A DNA stretch of 14,636 nucleotides from a bacterium (GCA_046757025.1 JBHHXN010000134.1:1-14636); one strand, 5' to 3'; positions 1 to 7,834 are shown, numbered from the stretch's first letter. A program made the numbers and translations. Notes: generated from the sequence alone by a model not told the origin.

Positions 1-1895
1 GGGTAATTCTGAAATAGTTTGAACACTGCGGGGACATTGTTACCATTTTCGGGAATTTTGATTCCGGTGGCGTTGCCACCTGTTTCGGTACACATGATGA
101 TATGATTGACACCGACAACCCACCCTTTATGTTTACTCACAAAATCAATCGACCGCAACCATTGACTTGTGCCACTATTTTGTAAAATCCAGGTTTGACC
201 ACTATCAGATGTGGCAAAAACTTCCCCAAGTCCTCCAGCAATCCAGCCATGCCGGATGTTTGCAAATGACATATCCCATATCCCACCCCGAAACCCGCCA
301 ACATTGATTTTCTGCCACTGCTGCCCGCCGTCCGTGGTACGTAAGATGTATTCGCTTTCGGGAAGTACATAACCAAAGTTTTCATCGAAAAAAACAATTG
401 TACGTAAAAATTTATCCGTATTGGAAGTTTGCTCATTCCAGTTCAGGCCGCCGTCTTTTGTGTGATAGATATTTCCGTCCCGGCTCACGGTCCAACCAAC
501 CTCCCTATTTACAAAAACAATGTCCCTGACAGGCGCAACCACCCCAGGTGTTTGTTCAACCCAATTGAGCCCGCCATCCCCTGTATGCAGTATCCAGCCC
601 TGCTCACCCACGTCGCCGCCAACCACCCAGCCAGTCAGCGGGTCGATAAAATAGCTGGCCCAGTGCGGGCTGCGGCCACCCCTATCCTGGCTATGTATGC
701 TCCAATTTAAACCGCCATCTAAGGTTTTGGCAATCAAGCCGTTCCAACCCACCACCCAGCCGGTAAGCTCATCCAGAAAACACACATGATTCAAGCGGGC
801 ATCAGTGTCGATCATCTGTTGCTGCCAGGTGACGCCACCATCCTGACTATGGAGGATTATCCCACCTGAACCGGCAAGCCACCCCGTTTGTTCATCAACA
901 AAATCCACGCTCCAGAATTCAACCTCAGAAACGCTCTTTGTCAAATTCTCCCACTGTTCGCCTCCGTCGGCGCTGCGGTAGATTTTATGACGGTCGAGCA
1001 CAGCCCAGCCATGCCTACCATCAGGGAAAAAAACCAGCTCCTTGCCAACATAGTTGCTGCTCAATTTATTTGCCCATGTCTCGCCGCTATCTGTGGTCTG
1101 AAACAAACCATCATCACCGGCCACCCAGGCCGTATCCGCATTCACCGCCGAAAGATCAGACAGGTCGCCGGTCAGGCCCTCGTCTTTCATGGCCCAGTTC
1201 AAGCCGCCGTCGTGGGTGCGGAATACCTTATTCCCCATCATCAACTGCCAACCGTCCATCGGGTTTGTAAACAGTATTTCCTGACCGCTGTAAGGTCCAA
1301 ACGTGTCGGTGGTATCGAGCGCCCAGTTCCGGCCGCCATCTGTTGTGGTATAAAAGTCATCGCCAACAGCCCAACCTTTATTCGGGTCAATAAAAAAGAC
1401 GCTCTCAAGATCACGGTAGTACACCGGTACGCTTTGTTGAGTCCAATTTGTTCCACCATCAGTCGTATGCAGGACTGACCCAAAATCACCTACCGCCCAA
1501 CCGGTTTGCGAATCCAGGAAATAGATATCGTTGATTCGCGGTACGTTTACAATGTCAATTGACTGATGTGCCCAGGTCTGGCCGCCATCAACAGTGTGAA
1601 CAATAAGAGCATCTCCATCAAAGCCATCGCCACCCGCCCAGCCGTTTTTGGCATCCACGAAAAAAACGGTTTCAAACCAGGCGCGAGTCGGGTTCTCCTG
1701 TATTTCCCAGGTTTCGCCGCCATCTTTTGTGTGCAAGATCATTCCGCCTGAGCCAACCAGCCAACCCGTGCTGGCATCAACAAAATACATGTCTCGCAAG
1801 GTGTTGCCCTGGGGTAATGGGTTAAGCCATTGCCAGCCCTGAGCAAAAATGGGATTGCTGGATAGAATTAACATGAGTGTTAAAATTGATTTCAT
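1..1895 (-). CDS. Secreted YCF48-like / BNR (Asp-box) repeat beta-propeller protein with C-terminal T9SS-type-A/FlgD-like sorting domain; 3' end truncated by the window edge
   Basis: Not in the ORF track because it has no stop inside the window. I translated it by hand from ATG 1895 (AAAGGAAAGGGAA upstream) and found 631 codons with no stop. It starts with a signal peptide (MKSILTLMLILSSNPIFA-QGWQWLNPLPQGNTLRD), has 13 [ST]xD[GS]GxxW Asp-boxes plus one degenerate copy, mostly preceded by F..D...GW-like motifs, and ends ...VPAVFKLFQNY(P) at the edge. Confidence 0.93.
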   Translation of the reverse strand, partial: MKSILTLMLILSSNPIFAQGWQWLNPLPQGNTLRDMYFVDASTGWLVGSGGMILHTKDGGETWEIQENPTRAWFETVFFVDAKNGWAGGDGFDGDALIVHTVDGGQTWAHQSIDIVNVPRINDIYFLDSQTGWAVGDFGSVLHTTDGGTNWTQQSVPVYYRDLESVFFIDPNKGWAVGDDFYTTTDGGRNWALDTTDTFGPYSGQEILFTNPMDGWQLMMGNKVFRTHDGGLNWAMKDEGLTGDLSDLSAVNADTAWVAGDDGLFQTTDSGETWANKLSSNYVGKELVFFPDGRHGWAVLDRHKIYRSADGGEQWENLTKSVSEVEFWSVDFVDEQTGWLAGSGGIILHSQDGGVTWQQQMIDTDARLNHVCFLDELTGWVVGWNGLIAKTLDGGLNWSIHSQDRGGRSPHWASYFIDPLTGWVVGGDVGEQGWILHTGDGGLNWVEQTPGVVAPVRDIVFVNREVGWTVSRDGNIYHTKDGGLNWNEQTSNTDKFLRTIVFFDENFGYVLPESEYILRTTDGGQQWQKINVGGFRGGIWDMSFANIRHGWIAGGLGEVFATSDSGQTWILQNSGTSQWLRSIDFVSKHKGWVVGVNHIIMCTETGGNATGIKIPENGNNVPAVFKLFQNY

Positions 1896-1929
1896 TTCCC
1901 TTTCCTTTGTGGTGAGTGTAAAACTTAAA

Positions 1930-1991
1930 AGTGGACTCTTTCTCATCAGTATTGTTCTAATATTGAAATAAGAGAAAGCCAGGAATCCACT
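1930..1991 (-). terminator. Long imperfect hairpin followed by a U-rich tract (terminator or attenuator-like)
   Basis: Nested arms AGTGGA/TCCACT, CTTTCTC/GAGAAAG and TCAGTATT/AATATTGA. On the minus strand it is followed by TTTAAGTTTT, ~35 nt before the ATG at 1895. Confidence 0.4.
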
Positions 1992-2144
1992 CAATCTTAT
2001 TCAAGATTTTTGGCTTAATATGAATTCTGATTTGCTCCTGCAGAAGAATAACATTCCCCAGATGGCCTTAATTTATTCTTATTCATGGCCGGGCATCACC
2101 TCTCCTTTTGTCCCCGTGTACTTGGTTCTTCGAAAAAGTTATGG

Positions 2145-5100
2145 TTACTTCAACAACGTCATTTTCTTAACCGCCACTCTTTTTTGATTTGCAATTAAGG
2201 TGTAAATATACAATCCGCTGGGCATGGTCTCGCCAGACTGATTGCGGCCATCCCAAATAAGGGCGTGCTCACCAGCTCCCAATGCACCGTCAAAAAGCTG
2301 TCTGACCTCCTGACCGAGCAGGTTGTAAATGCGCACCTCGATTCGCATTTCGGCTGGCAAACCAAAAGAGATGCGGGTTTCCGGGTTAAAGGGATTGGGA
2401 TAATTGTCGTACACCTCGATGGTTTCCGGAATGGCAGCATCGTTATGGTTATCGATGCCGGTGACGGTTGCCGGCGCCAGCACGAAGTTCACCTCCACCA
2501 CCCCGCTGGCGATTTCCATCGGTGTGGATTCGCTAAAACTTTCCGCGCGGTCGTGATATTTGCTCTTGTAACCCACCTGGTTGGCTTTTACCCGGTATGT
2601 TCCCGGTGGAATGTTGCTGAGCTCGTAGCGGCCATCTGCGGTGCTGCGGGCAAACGACACCGGCTTTTCATTTTCATCGAAAAGATAAACCGTGGCATTT
2701 TGCAGGGCACGGCCGTTTTCATCGGTAATTTTACCGAAGACAGTGGTGCCGCTTTCCGGACCCGTGGTAAAGTCCGCCCGCAAAATGAGCATGGGCTGCA
2801 GGCGAAAATCGATACCGGTGGCGGGATTGACGCCGTCCACCTTCACGGGGGTTGCTTTTGCCGGCTCATACGCATCGTCAAAATACTCGCCGATGTGTCC
2901 AGGAGCAAAACTGAAAACGAGATACTCGCCCGGCGGCAAACCTTTGATCTCGTAGGAGCCATCGGCATTCACCACCGTGTTATAAAACCTTTCTGAATCC
3001 GGCCACAACTGCGGCGTAATCACGGGTCTGGCCGTCACCACGGCTATTTCCAGCAGCTCTTCGTTCCATTCGCCGGTCACTTTTCCAGTGATTACCCCAG
3101 TGCCATCGTTACGGGGCGTTACAGCAAAATTGATGGCGGTGGTTTCGCCGCCGACGACTTGCACCGGTTTGGCGTCGTCGGCAACCACGGCATTTTCATA
3201 ATATTCAAATCCGCCATCCGTATAAACGGAGATCAGGTATTCGCCCCGGGGCAGCCACTCCAGTTGATAGTTGCCCTGCTCGTTGCTGATGGCAAAATAC
3301 GACCAGAACCGAAACGGCGCACTCTCGAAGTAATTGAAGCCTTTGGGCGCGATCTCCACATACGCGCGGTGGACAGGCGCGCCCTGTAGCTCGTCGGTGA
3401 CGGTGCCGGCGATGGCGCCGTAAAACGGCCGCAAAGTGAGGTCGAAATTTATGTCGTCGCGCAAATCGCCTTCTGCCAGCTCGATGACCGTGGCCTGGCT
3501 GCGGAATTCGGCATGATCGTACCACTGCTGACCAAAACTCTGTCCCTGCCAGAATTGCGCCCGCGCCACATATCTGCCGGCAGGCAGATTTTCAATTTTA
3601 AACTGGCCATTGCTGTCGCTGTGCGCATACGCCCAGACTGCACCCGCTGCAGCATCGGTGCTGGGATCTGCCGGGCTGAGCTCAATAAACGCAAATGGCA
3701 GCGGTTCACCGGTGTTGGAAGAAACCAGACCTGAAACCGCGGCCGTGCCAATGGCGAGCGGCAGTTTGAAGTTGATGGGGGTTAAATCGGTGGCGCTGTT
3801 CACTTCCACGGGTTCGGCTTCCGCCGGCGTTTTCGCGTCCGGCCACCAGCGCCGGACAAACTGCCAGCCGCTGTGGGCCGAAGCCGACACCAGGTAACGG
3901 CCGTTGGGTAGATGCTCGATGCGGTATTCGCCCGCCTTGTTGGTAAAAGCATGCGCCCAGACATTGCCGTGTTTATCGGGAGCAATGGAGATGGACTGCG
4001 CCTGAATGTAGGCTCCGGCAATGGGTTGGCCGTCTAAATCGGTGACTTTGCCGACGATTTCGCCCAGGGCTTCTGGCAGGGTAAGCTGAAAATCGATGTC
4101 CGCGGTTTCCTGGCCAACGGTAACCGGCACCGCGGTAGCCTCGTCGATGCTTTGGGCGTTGTCATACCATTCCTGCGCAAAAAACCAGTGGTTCCACGCG
4201 CGCGCCAGAACAAAATAATCGCCGGCAGGCAATCCGCCGATCTCATAGACGCCGTCGTCGTCGGTGATGGCATAGCCCCAACCGCTGACAAAGCTGGAAT
4301 CCGGTAAGGGCGGCAGGGTGCCGCGATATCGGGTGACCGCTTCCACCATGGCGCCGGCAATAGCCTGGCCGTTATCGTTTACCACTCGACCGGAAATGAC
4401 GCCGCCGCGGCTCAGACTGAAATTGATATTGGCGCTTTCGTTGGCATCCACCACTTCAATCAGCGTGGCTTCATCTATGGTTTCAGCATTCACATAAAAT
4501 TCAACTAAATAACCCTCGGCCCACGCGGACGCATAATAATTTCCCGACTGCAATCCCGTGATTTGATAGCGGCCATCTTCCGAGGAAAACGCGGAACCGT
4601 AGTGAAATGGATTGTCTGGCGAGAACACGGTGATCAGGGCGTTGGCGATGGGATGATTGTCGCTTTCGCTGAGCACCAGGCCGGAAATGCTGCCGTTGCC
4701 GGGAACGGTCTGCTGCAGATGAAAATCGATTTCCTCTGTAATCTGGCCCGGCTCTACCGGCACCGGCGTGGCGTCTTCGAGATTTGCGACCTGGTCATAA
4801 AATTGCGGGTCATATCCCTCCACCAGAGCCAGTACAAAATATTTTCCAGCTTGCAAGCCTTCGATAATATACCGGCCGTCTGGCTCAACTTTAGCAAAAT
4901 GAGCTTCGCCGGCGTCCGCGGTGGAATCCACGCTCCACGCCACCACAAAGGCAAAATAATAATCGCCGTCCTCAAGCCCGTGCAGCGTACCGCTGATGCC
5001 GCCGGGATTATCAAAAACCGCCAGATTCGCCGGCCGTTTTTGCGGCAGCAGCGAATCGCGAAACGCCAGGGGCGGTTGTGCCTGCCGGGCGCGCAGCAAA

Positions 5101-5240
5101 TTGATGGAGCGAAGTATTTGTTTTTTTAAAATCTCTTGCGACGAGTTAGCGAGCTGTTTTGCCGGAATGGCATGGGTCAGAAAGAGTTGCCCAAAAATCA
5201 CCATAAGCGCGATAAAGTAGAGTCGTTGTTTTTTGTTCAT
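2145..5240 (-). CDS. Large secreted protein: 8 tandem carboxypeptidase-regulatory-like (transthyretin-like beta-sandwich) repeats plus C-terminal T9SS-type-A/FlgD-like domain
   Basis: ORF track 2145..5252. The start is more likely ATG 5240, since GGAGG lies just upstream inside the longer ORF's first codons. It has a signal peptide, eight ~100-aa units (GxIxGxV...GxYxIxxLxxGxY...[FWY]YD...A..V.V...I[DN]FxL) and a C-terminal DNYPNPFNP...IYNLLGQEVR...WDGRN...SGLYIY. Confidence 0.9.
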   Translation of the reverse strand: MNKKQRLYFIALMVIFGQLFLTHAIPAKQLANSSQEILKKQILRSINLLRARQAQPPLAFRDSLLPQKRPANLAVFDNPGGISGTLHGLEDGDYYFAFVVAWSVDSTADAGEAHFAKVEPDGRYIIEGLQAGKYFVLALVEGYDPQFYDQVANLEDATPVPVEPGQITEEIDFHLQQTVPGNGSISGLVLSESDNHPIANALITVFSPDNPFHYGSAFSSEDGRYQITGLQSGNYYASAWAEGYLVEFYVNAETIDEATLIEVVDANESANINFSLSRGGVISGRVVNDNGQAIAGAMVEAVTRYRGTLPPLPDSSFVSGWGYAITDDDGVYEIGGLPAGDYFVLARAWNHWFFAQEWYDNAQSIDEATAVPVTVGQETADIDFQLTLPEALGEIVGKVTDLDGQPIAGAYIQAQSISIAPDKHGNVWAHAFTNKAGEYRIEHLPNGRYLVSASAHSGWQFVRRWWPDAKTPAEAEPVEVNSATDLTPINFKLPLAIGTAAVSGLVSSNTGEPLPFAFIELSPADPSTDAAAGAVWAYAHSDSNGQFKIENLPAGRYVARAQFWQGQSFGQQWYDHAEFRSQATVIELAEGDLRDDINFDLTLRPFYGAIAGTVTDELQGAPVHRAYVEIAPKGFNYFESAPFRFWSYFAISNEQGNYQLEWLPRGEYLISVYTDGGFEYYENAVVADDAKPVQVVGGETTAINFAVTPRNDGTGVITGKVTGEWNEELLEIAVVTARPVITPQLWPDSERFYNTVVNADGSYEIKGLPPGEYLVFSFAPGHIGEYFDDAYEPAKATPVKVDGVNPATGIDFRLQPMLILRADFTTGPESGTTVFGKITDENGRALQNATVYLFDENEKPVSFARSTADGRYELSNIPPGTYRVKANQVGYKSKYHDRAESFSESTPMEIASGVVEVNFVLAPATVTGIDNHNDAAIPETIEVYDNYPNPFNPETRISFGLPAEMRIEVRIYNLLGQEVRQLFDGALGAGEHALIWDGRNQSGETMPSGLYIYTLIANQKRVAVKKMTLLK

Positions 5241-5308
5241 GATTTCCTCCATATTTTTATCAGGGTATCGGTAAAAGCATGGGGTTCAATTCGATACCGG
5301 GTTAAGTA

Positions 5309-5460
5309 GTGTCTGAACGAAAACTCGATTATTCATGTCATCGCGAGTCCCGATTCTCGGGAAAGCAATCTCACTATTAGGCACGGTATGAGATTGCTTC
5401 GTCCCGCACAAAACGCGGGACTCGCAATGACATCTTTATTAATAGTTTTCGTTCAATCAC
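5309..5460. mobile_element. 152-bp MITE-like element with 17-bp TIRs, flanked by a TAAGTA direct repeat
   Basis: Left TIR GTGTCTGAACGAAAACT (5309-5325) and right TIR AGTTTTCGTTCAATCAC (5444-5460) match 15/17. TAAGTA lies at 5303-5308 and 5461-5466. No coding capacity. Confidence 0.78.
5335..5433. repeat. REP/RPE-type palindromic doublet (GTCATxGCGAG...GCAATC / GATTGC...CTCGCAATGAC class) inside the MITE
   Basis: ATGTCATCGCGAGTCCCG (5335-5352) vs CGGGACTCGCAATGACAT (5416-5433), 17/18. Perfect AAGCAATCTCA (5363-5373) / TGAGATTGCTT (5389-5399). Sub-hairpins TCCCGA-ttc-TCGGGA and GTCCCGC-acaaaac-GCGGGAC. Confidence 0.85.
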
Positions 5461-5483
5461 TAAGTACGGTTAAAATGGCTGCC

Positions 5484-5663
5484 GGACACCCCCCTTAATC
5501 CCCCCTCAAGGGAGGAAAATAGTTACATTCCTTCAAGGGAGGCAAATAGTTACATTCCCTCAAGGAGAGAAATAGTTTCATCACCTTAAGGGGGGAATAG
5601 TTTCATCCCCAAAACGCTTTTATCACCCTTGAGGGAAATTCCGCTAAGCGGTAGGGGGTGCCC
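5484..5663. repeat. REP-like element of the CCCCCT..CCCCCTCAAGGG / CCCTTGAGGG...AGGGGGTG class with an internal tandem expansion
   Basis: Ends GGACACCCCC (5484-5493) and GGGGGTGCCC (5654-5663) are inverted (9/10). The left CCCTCAAGGG is the reverse complement of the right CCCTTGAGGG. Confidence 0.7.
5498..5610. repeat. Degenerate tandem repeat, four units of 25-29 bp plus a partial unit
   Basis: Units: ATCCCCCCTCAAGGGAGGAAAATAGTTAC / ATTCCTTCAAGGGAGGCAAATAGTTAC / ATTCCCTCAAGGAGAGAAATAGTTTC / ATCACCTTAAGGGGGGAATAGTTTC / ATCCCC. Confidence 0.9.
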
Positions 5664-5682
5664 TACAGCCTGAATAAAACGC

Positions 5683-5697
5683 ATCCTGAAACAGGAT
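5683..5697 (-). terminator. Possible weak terminator hairpin after the lipoprotein gene
   Basis: ATCCTG-ttt-CAGGAT on the minus strand, followed by GCGTTTTATT, ~22 nt after the stop. The stem is short. Confidence 0.25.
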
Positions 5698-5719
5698 ATC
5701 ATCAGCATCTCGCTACTAT

Positions 5720-6592
5720 TTATCTCTTTTGTATGATAAGATTGACCGGTTTGGGTCGGCCGCCAGGCACGGATTTGAGCTCGGCGCCCACCATCAGCTC
5801 ACCAAACAACTGCTCTCCAGAATTGTCCCTACCGTCCCAGGAAATCGCGTAGGTGCGCGTGTCCCCAACCGCCAAAACTAGCTCCCAGACATTTTCAGTA
5901 AAAAATCGCCCGTGGGCCCAATTCCAAACCAGGCTGTCGTTGGCAATGGAGGTCAATTGATTAAAATTCAGAGAAGCGAAAAAATCAAAAATCTGACCCG
6001 ACGTAAAATGCAGTGTGATGGGGCTTTCGCCGGCGTTGAGGATCGACAGTTTTAGCAGAGCTTGCTCGCCGGCGCGGATGATCGACGGCGTGATTTCCAA
6101 ACTTAACTGCAAACCGCTGTTGGTGATTTTTTGAATCAACGCCGCAAGACCGTCCACGATGGCCTGCAGATTGGCTGGAGCCCCGAAATAGTCGGTGGTG
6201 ACGGTATTAGACTCATTGTTGTGCGTAAACGTAATGAGGTAGAAAAAAGCGTCGGCCACGCGGACGTCCACATAAGCGTTTTTTAATTGAAAGAAATCGT
6301 TTTTGATAAAAAGCTCTTTCAGCTCTACCAGCTCAGATGGAGACAGTCGCGCTACCCAGCGGGCGCCGCTCTGGAAGCTGTCATCGAATAACACTTTGCC
6401 GGCAGCGTCCACCAGCAGGTATTGTTTAATGCCCGCGATGCCGCCGCTGATTTCAACAAACAGCAAATTCTCGTTCAAGGCTTTGTTCTCTGTCAAATCC
6501 TGCTCGTCGTCCGAGCGCAAAATGGTTGGCAAATCACAGGCTAAGCAAAATAAAACGATGGCAATCATCCCTAATTTTACAAGATGTCTCAT
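5720..6592 (-). CDS. Lipoprotein with N-terminal emfourin-like (or DUF6438-like) domain and C-terminal BsuPI-like proteinase-inhibitor domain
   Basis: 290 aa, GAGGA upstream, lipobox-like LFCLA-C19. The N domain has SGGIAG...LSPSELVELKELF...FFQL...ADAFFYLITF...TV...PANLQAIV (emfourin-like pattern). The C domain has ILNAGESPITLHFTSGQIFDF...VWNWAHGRFFT...LAVGDTRTY..SWD (BsuPI pattern FxSGQxxD...VWxWxxGxxF). Confidence 0.75.
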   Translation of the reverse strand: MRHLVKLGMIAIVLFCLACDLPTILRSDDEQDLTENKALNENLLFVEISGGIAGIKQYLLVDAAGKVLFDDSFQSGARWVARLSPSELVELKELFIKNDFFQLKNAYVDVRVADAFFYLITFTHNNESNTVTTDYFGAPANLQAIVDGLAALIQKITNSGLQLSLEITPSIIRAGEQALLKLSILNAGESPITLHFTSGQIFDFFASLNFNQLTSIANDSLVWNWAHGRFFTENVWELVLAVGDTRTYAISWDGRDNSGEQLFGELMVGAELKSVPGGRPKPVNLIIQKR

Positions 6593-6642
6593 GGATTGAT
6601 CCTCTGGTATGTGAATATAAATTCATTTTGCAACGTGCAAAG

Positions 6643-6658
6643 GCAACGTCTGTGCCAA
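6643..6658 (-). promoter_or_regulatory. sigma54 (RpoN) -24/-12 promoter
   Basis: The minus strand reads TTGGCACAGACGTTGC, with exact GG-N10-GC spacing and both TGGCAC and TTGC consensus boxes. It lies ~50 nt upstream of ATG 6592. Confidence 0.85.
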
Positions 6659-6707
6659 AAGATTTTTAGGGAGGAATCAACCTGAGCTGGCAGGAAAAAG
6701 CAGCCGA

Positions 6708-6747
6708 AGTATCAGATTATTGAAAAACGTCTCAGAAATCTGATACT
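6708..6747. promoter_or_regulatory. Putative tandem enhancer (UAS) for a sigma54 activator
   Basis: Two related 12-bp near-palindromes, TCAGATTATTGA (6712-6723) and TCAGAAATCTGA (6732-6743), 20 bp apart. They form a perfect 11-bp inverted repeat AGTATCAGATT/AATCTGATACT, about 80-110 bp upstream of the predicted sigma54 start site. Confidence 0.6.
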
Positions 6748-7825
6748 AAAATCGGTAGTCAAATCCCAGAGTCAGAAGGGACTTGCTGTAGAATCGACTG
6801 CGGATAATGGATTCGTTATTGTAGTAGGCAAAACGCAGAAGGGCGTTTAAGCTGGAATTTACATCCTTGGAGAGGTCGAGGATGAAAAAGTTGCTTTCAT
6901 CGCGTTCGGTATCGATGTCGCGCAGATGAATCGGCAGGGTCTGTTCAAAATAATCTTTTATCTGGGCGGCGCCGTACCCCCGCAGCCAGACGCCTTTTGG
7001 CAGCGGCATCCCGAATATCAAAACGAATAGATGTTTGTTATAATCGAACACTTTGCTGTTTGAATTGTTATGCTGAAAGGTATAGTTGATATTGATCAAA
7101 AACGATTTAGAATAATTGAGCCCGAAGGTGAGTTGATAAGCGTCATCCTGCAGTTTGATTTCAAAAAAATCTTCCGGCTGTTCCACAGTGGAGATCAGGA
7201 CAATCCGATCGTAAAACACGCTTTTAATAGACATCTGCACCCGGCCGGTTAAACGTGAAGTCAGCTTTCTTGATATGCTGCCACTAAGCTGGTTTTCGCG
7301 AAAATTAAAGCTGGGAAAATTCTGGTAGCTCAACCCTGAGAGCTTAAATGAAATTTCGTTTTGAAAATGGTAAATGGCGGGCGGGCGCAGGTAAGCTTCC
7401 ACCGAGCCGGTAGAATAGTCCAGTTGGTCGTTTAAATAAACTTTCAATCTGCCGGCGCCTCTGAGTCCCGCCACCCAATTCTGAATCTTGATTCCGCTGG
7501 TAAAATCCAGCTCGTTGATCAATTTGTTTTCAATAGCTTTACCGAAATAAGTCTGCAAGCCGCCTTTGTAATTAATTTCGATGCGGGTGCGGGGACTGAC
7601 ACGAGAAGCGCGGGAGTGAAATAAAAATCTCAGAGAGGTGTCGGCGATTTTTCTGGCGGAATCGGAGGCGGATTCTCGAATGTTGCTATCGAATTCATAG
7701 CCCAATTGCAAGCGATTTTTAACCCGCCAGTCCGGGCTTTTTTGCGCGGCAGCGCGCTCGATTATGAATAAACTTGTAATGCATAAAACCGAATAAATCC
7801 AACTTCTTTGCCGTTTGAATATCAC
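6746..7825 (-). CDS. Outer-membrane beta-barrel protein of unknown function
   Basis: 359 aa, GTG start, signal peptide ending AAA-Q. It shows alternating amphipathic strands, N-terminal LGYEFDSN and a C-terminal BamA beta-signal LTLGFDYRF. Confidence 0.82.
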   Translation of the reverse strand: MIFKRQRSWIYSVLCITSLFIIERAAAQKSPDWRVKNRLQLGYEFDSNIRESASDSARKIADTSLRFLFHSRASRVSPRTRIEINYKGGLQTYFGKAIENKLINELDFTSGIKIQNWVAGLRGAGRLKVYLNDQLDYSTGSVEAYLRPPAIYHFQNEISFKLSGLSYQNFPSFNFRENQLSGSISRKLTSRLTGRVQMSIKSVFYDRIVLISTVEQPEDFFEIKLQDDAYQLTFGLNYSKSFLININYTFQHNNSNSKVFDYNKHLFVLIFGMPLPKGVWLRGYGAAQIKDYFEQTLPIHLRDIDTERDESNFFILDLSKDVNSSLNALLRFAYYNNESIIRSRFYSKSLLTLGFDYRF

Positions 7826-7834
7826 CAGGGTATT

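Noticed and set aside
137..1842. Short ORFs including 888..1478 (+, 196 aa)
   Set aside because: Antisense or off-frame shadows of the 1..1895 minus-strand gene, with no recognisable motifs.
2195..5220. Overlapping ORFs such as 2265..2996 and 4563..5129 (+)
   Set aside because: Shadows of the GC-rich 1031-aa gene.
5335..5433. Riboswitch or tRNA-like RNA
   Set aside because: The structure is explained by a REP-type doublet within TIRs; no tRNA or known riboswitch motifs are recognisable.
5498..5610. CRISPR mini-array
   Set aside because: Units are only 25-29 bp in total, the would-be spacers are near-identical, and there are no cas genes. It is a tandem repeat.
5658..5852. 64-aa plus-strand ORF
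   Set aside because: Starts inside a repeat end and overlaps the lipoprotein gene antisense.
6675..6687. IHF site between enhancer and sigma54 promoter
   Set aside because: AATCAA is present but the TTR half of WATCAANNNNTTR is missing.
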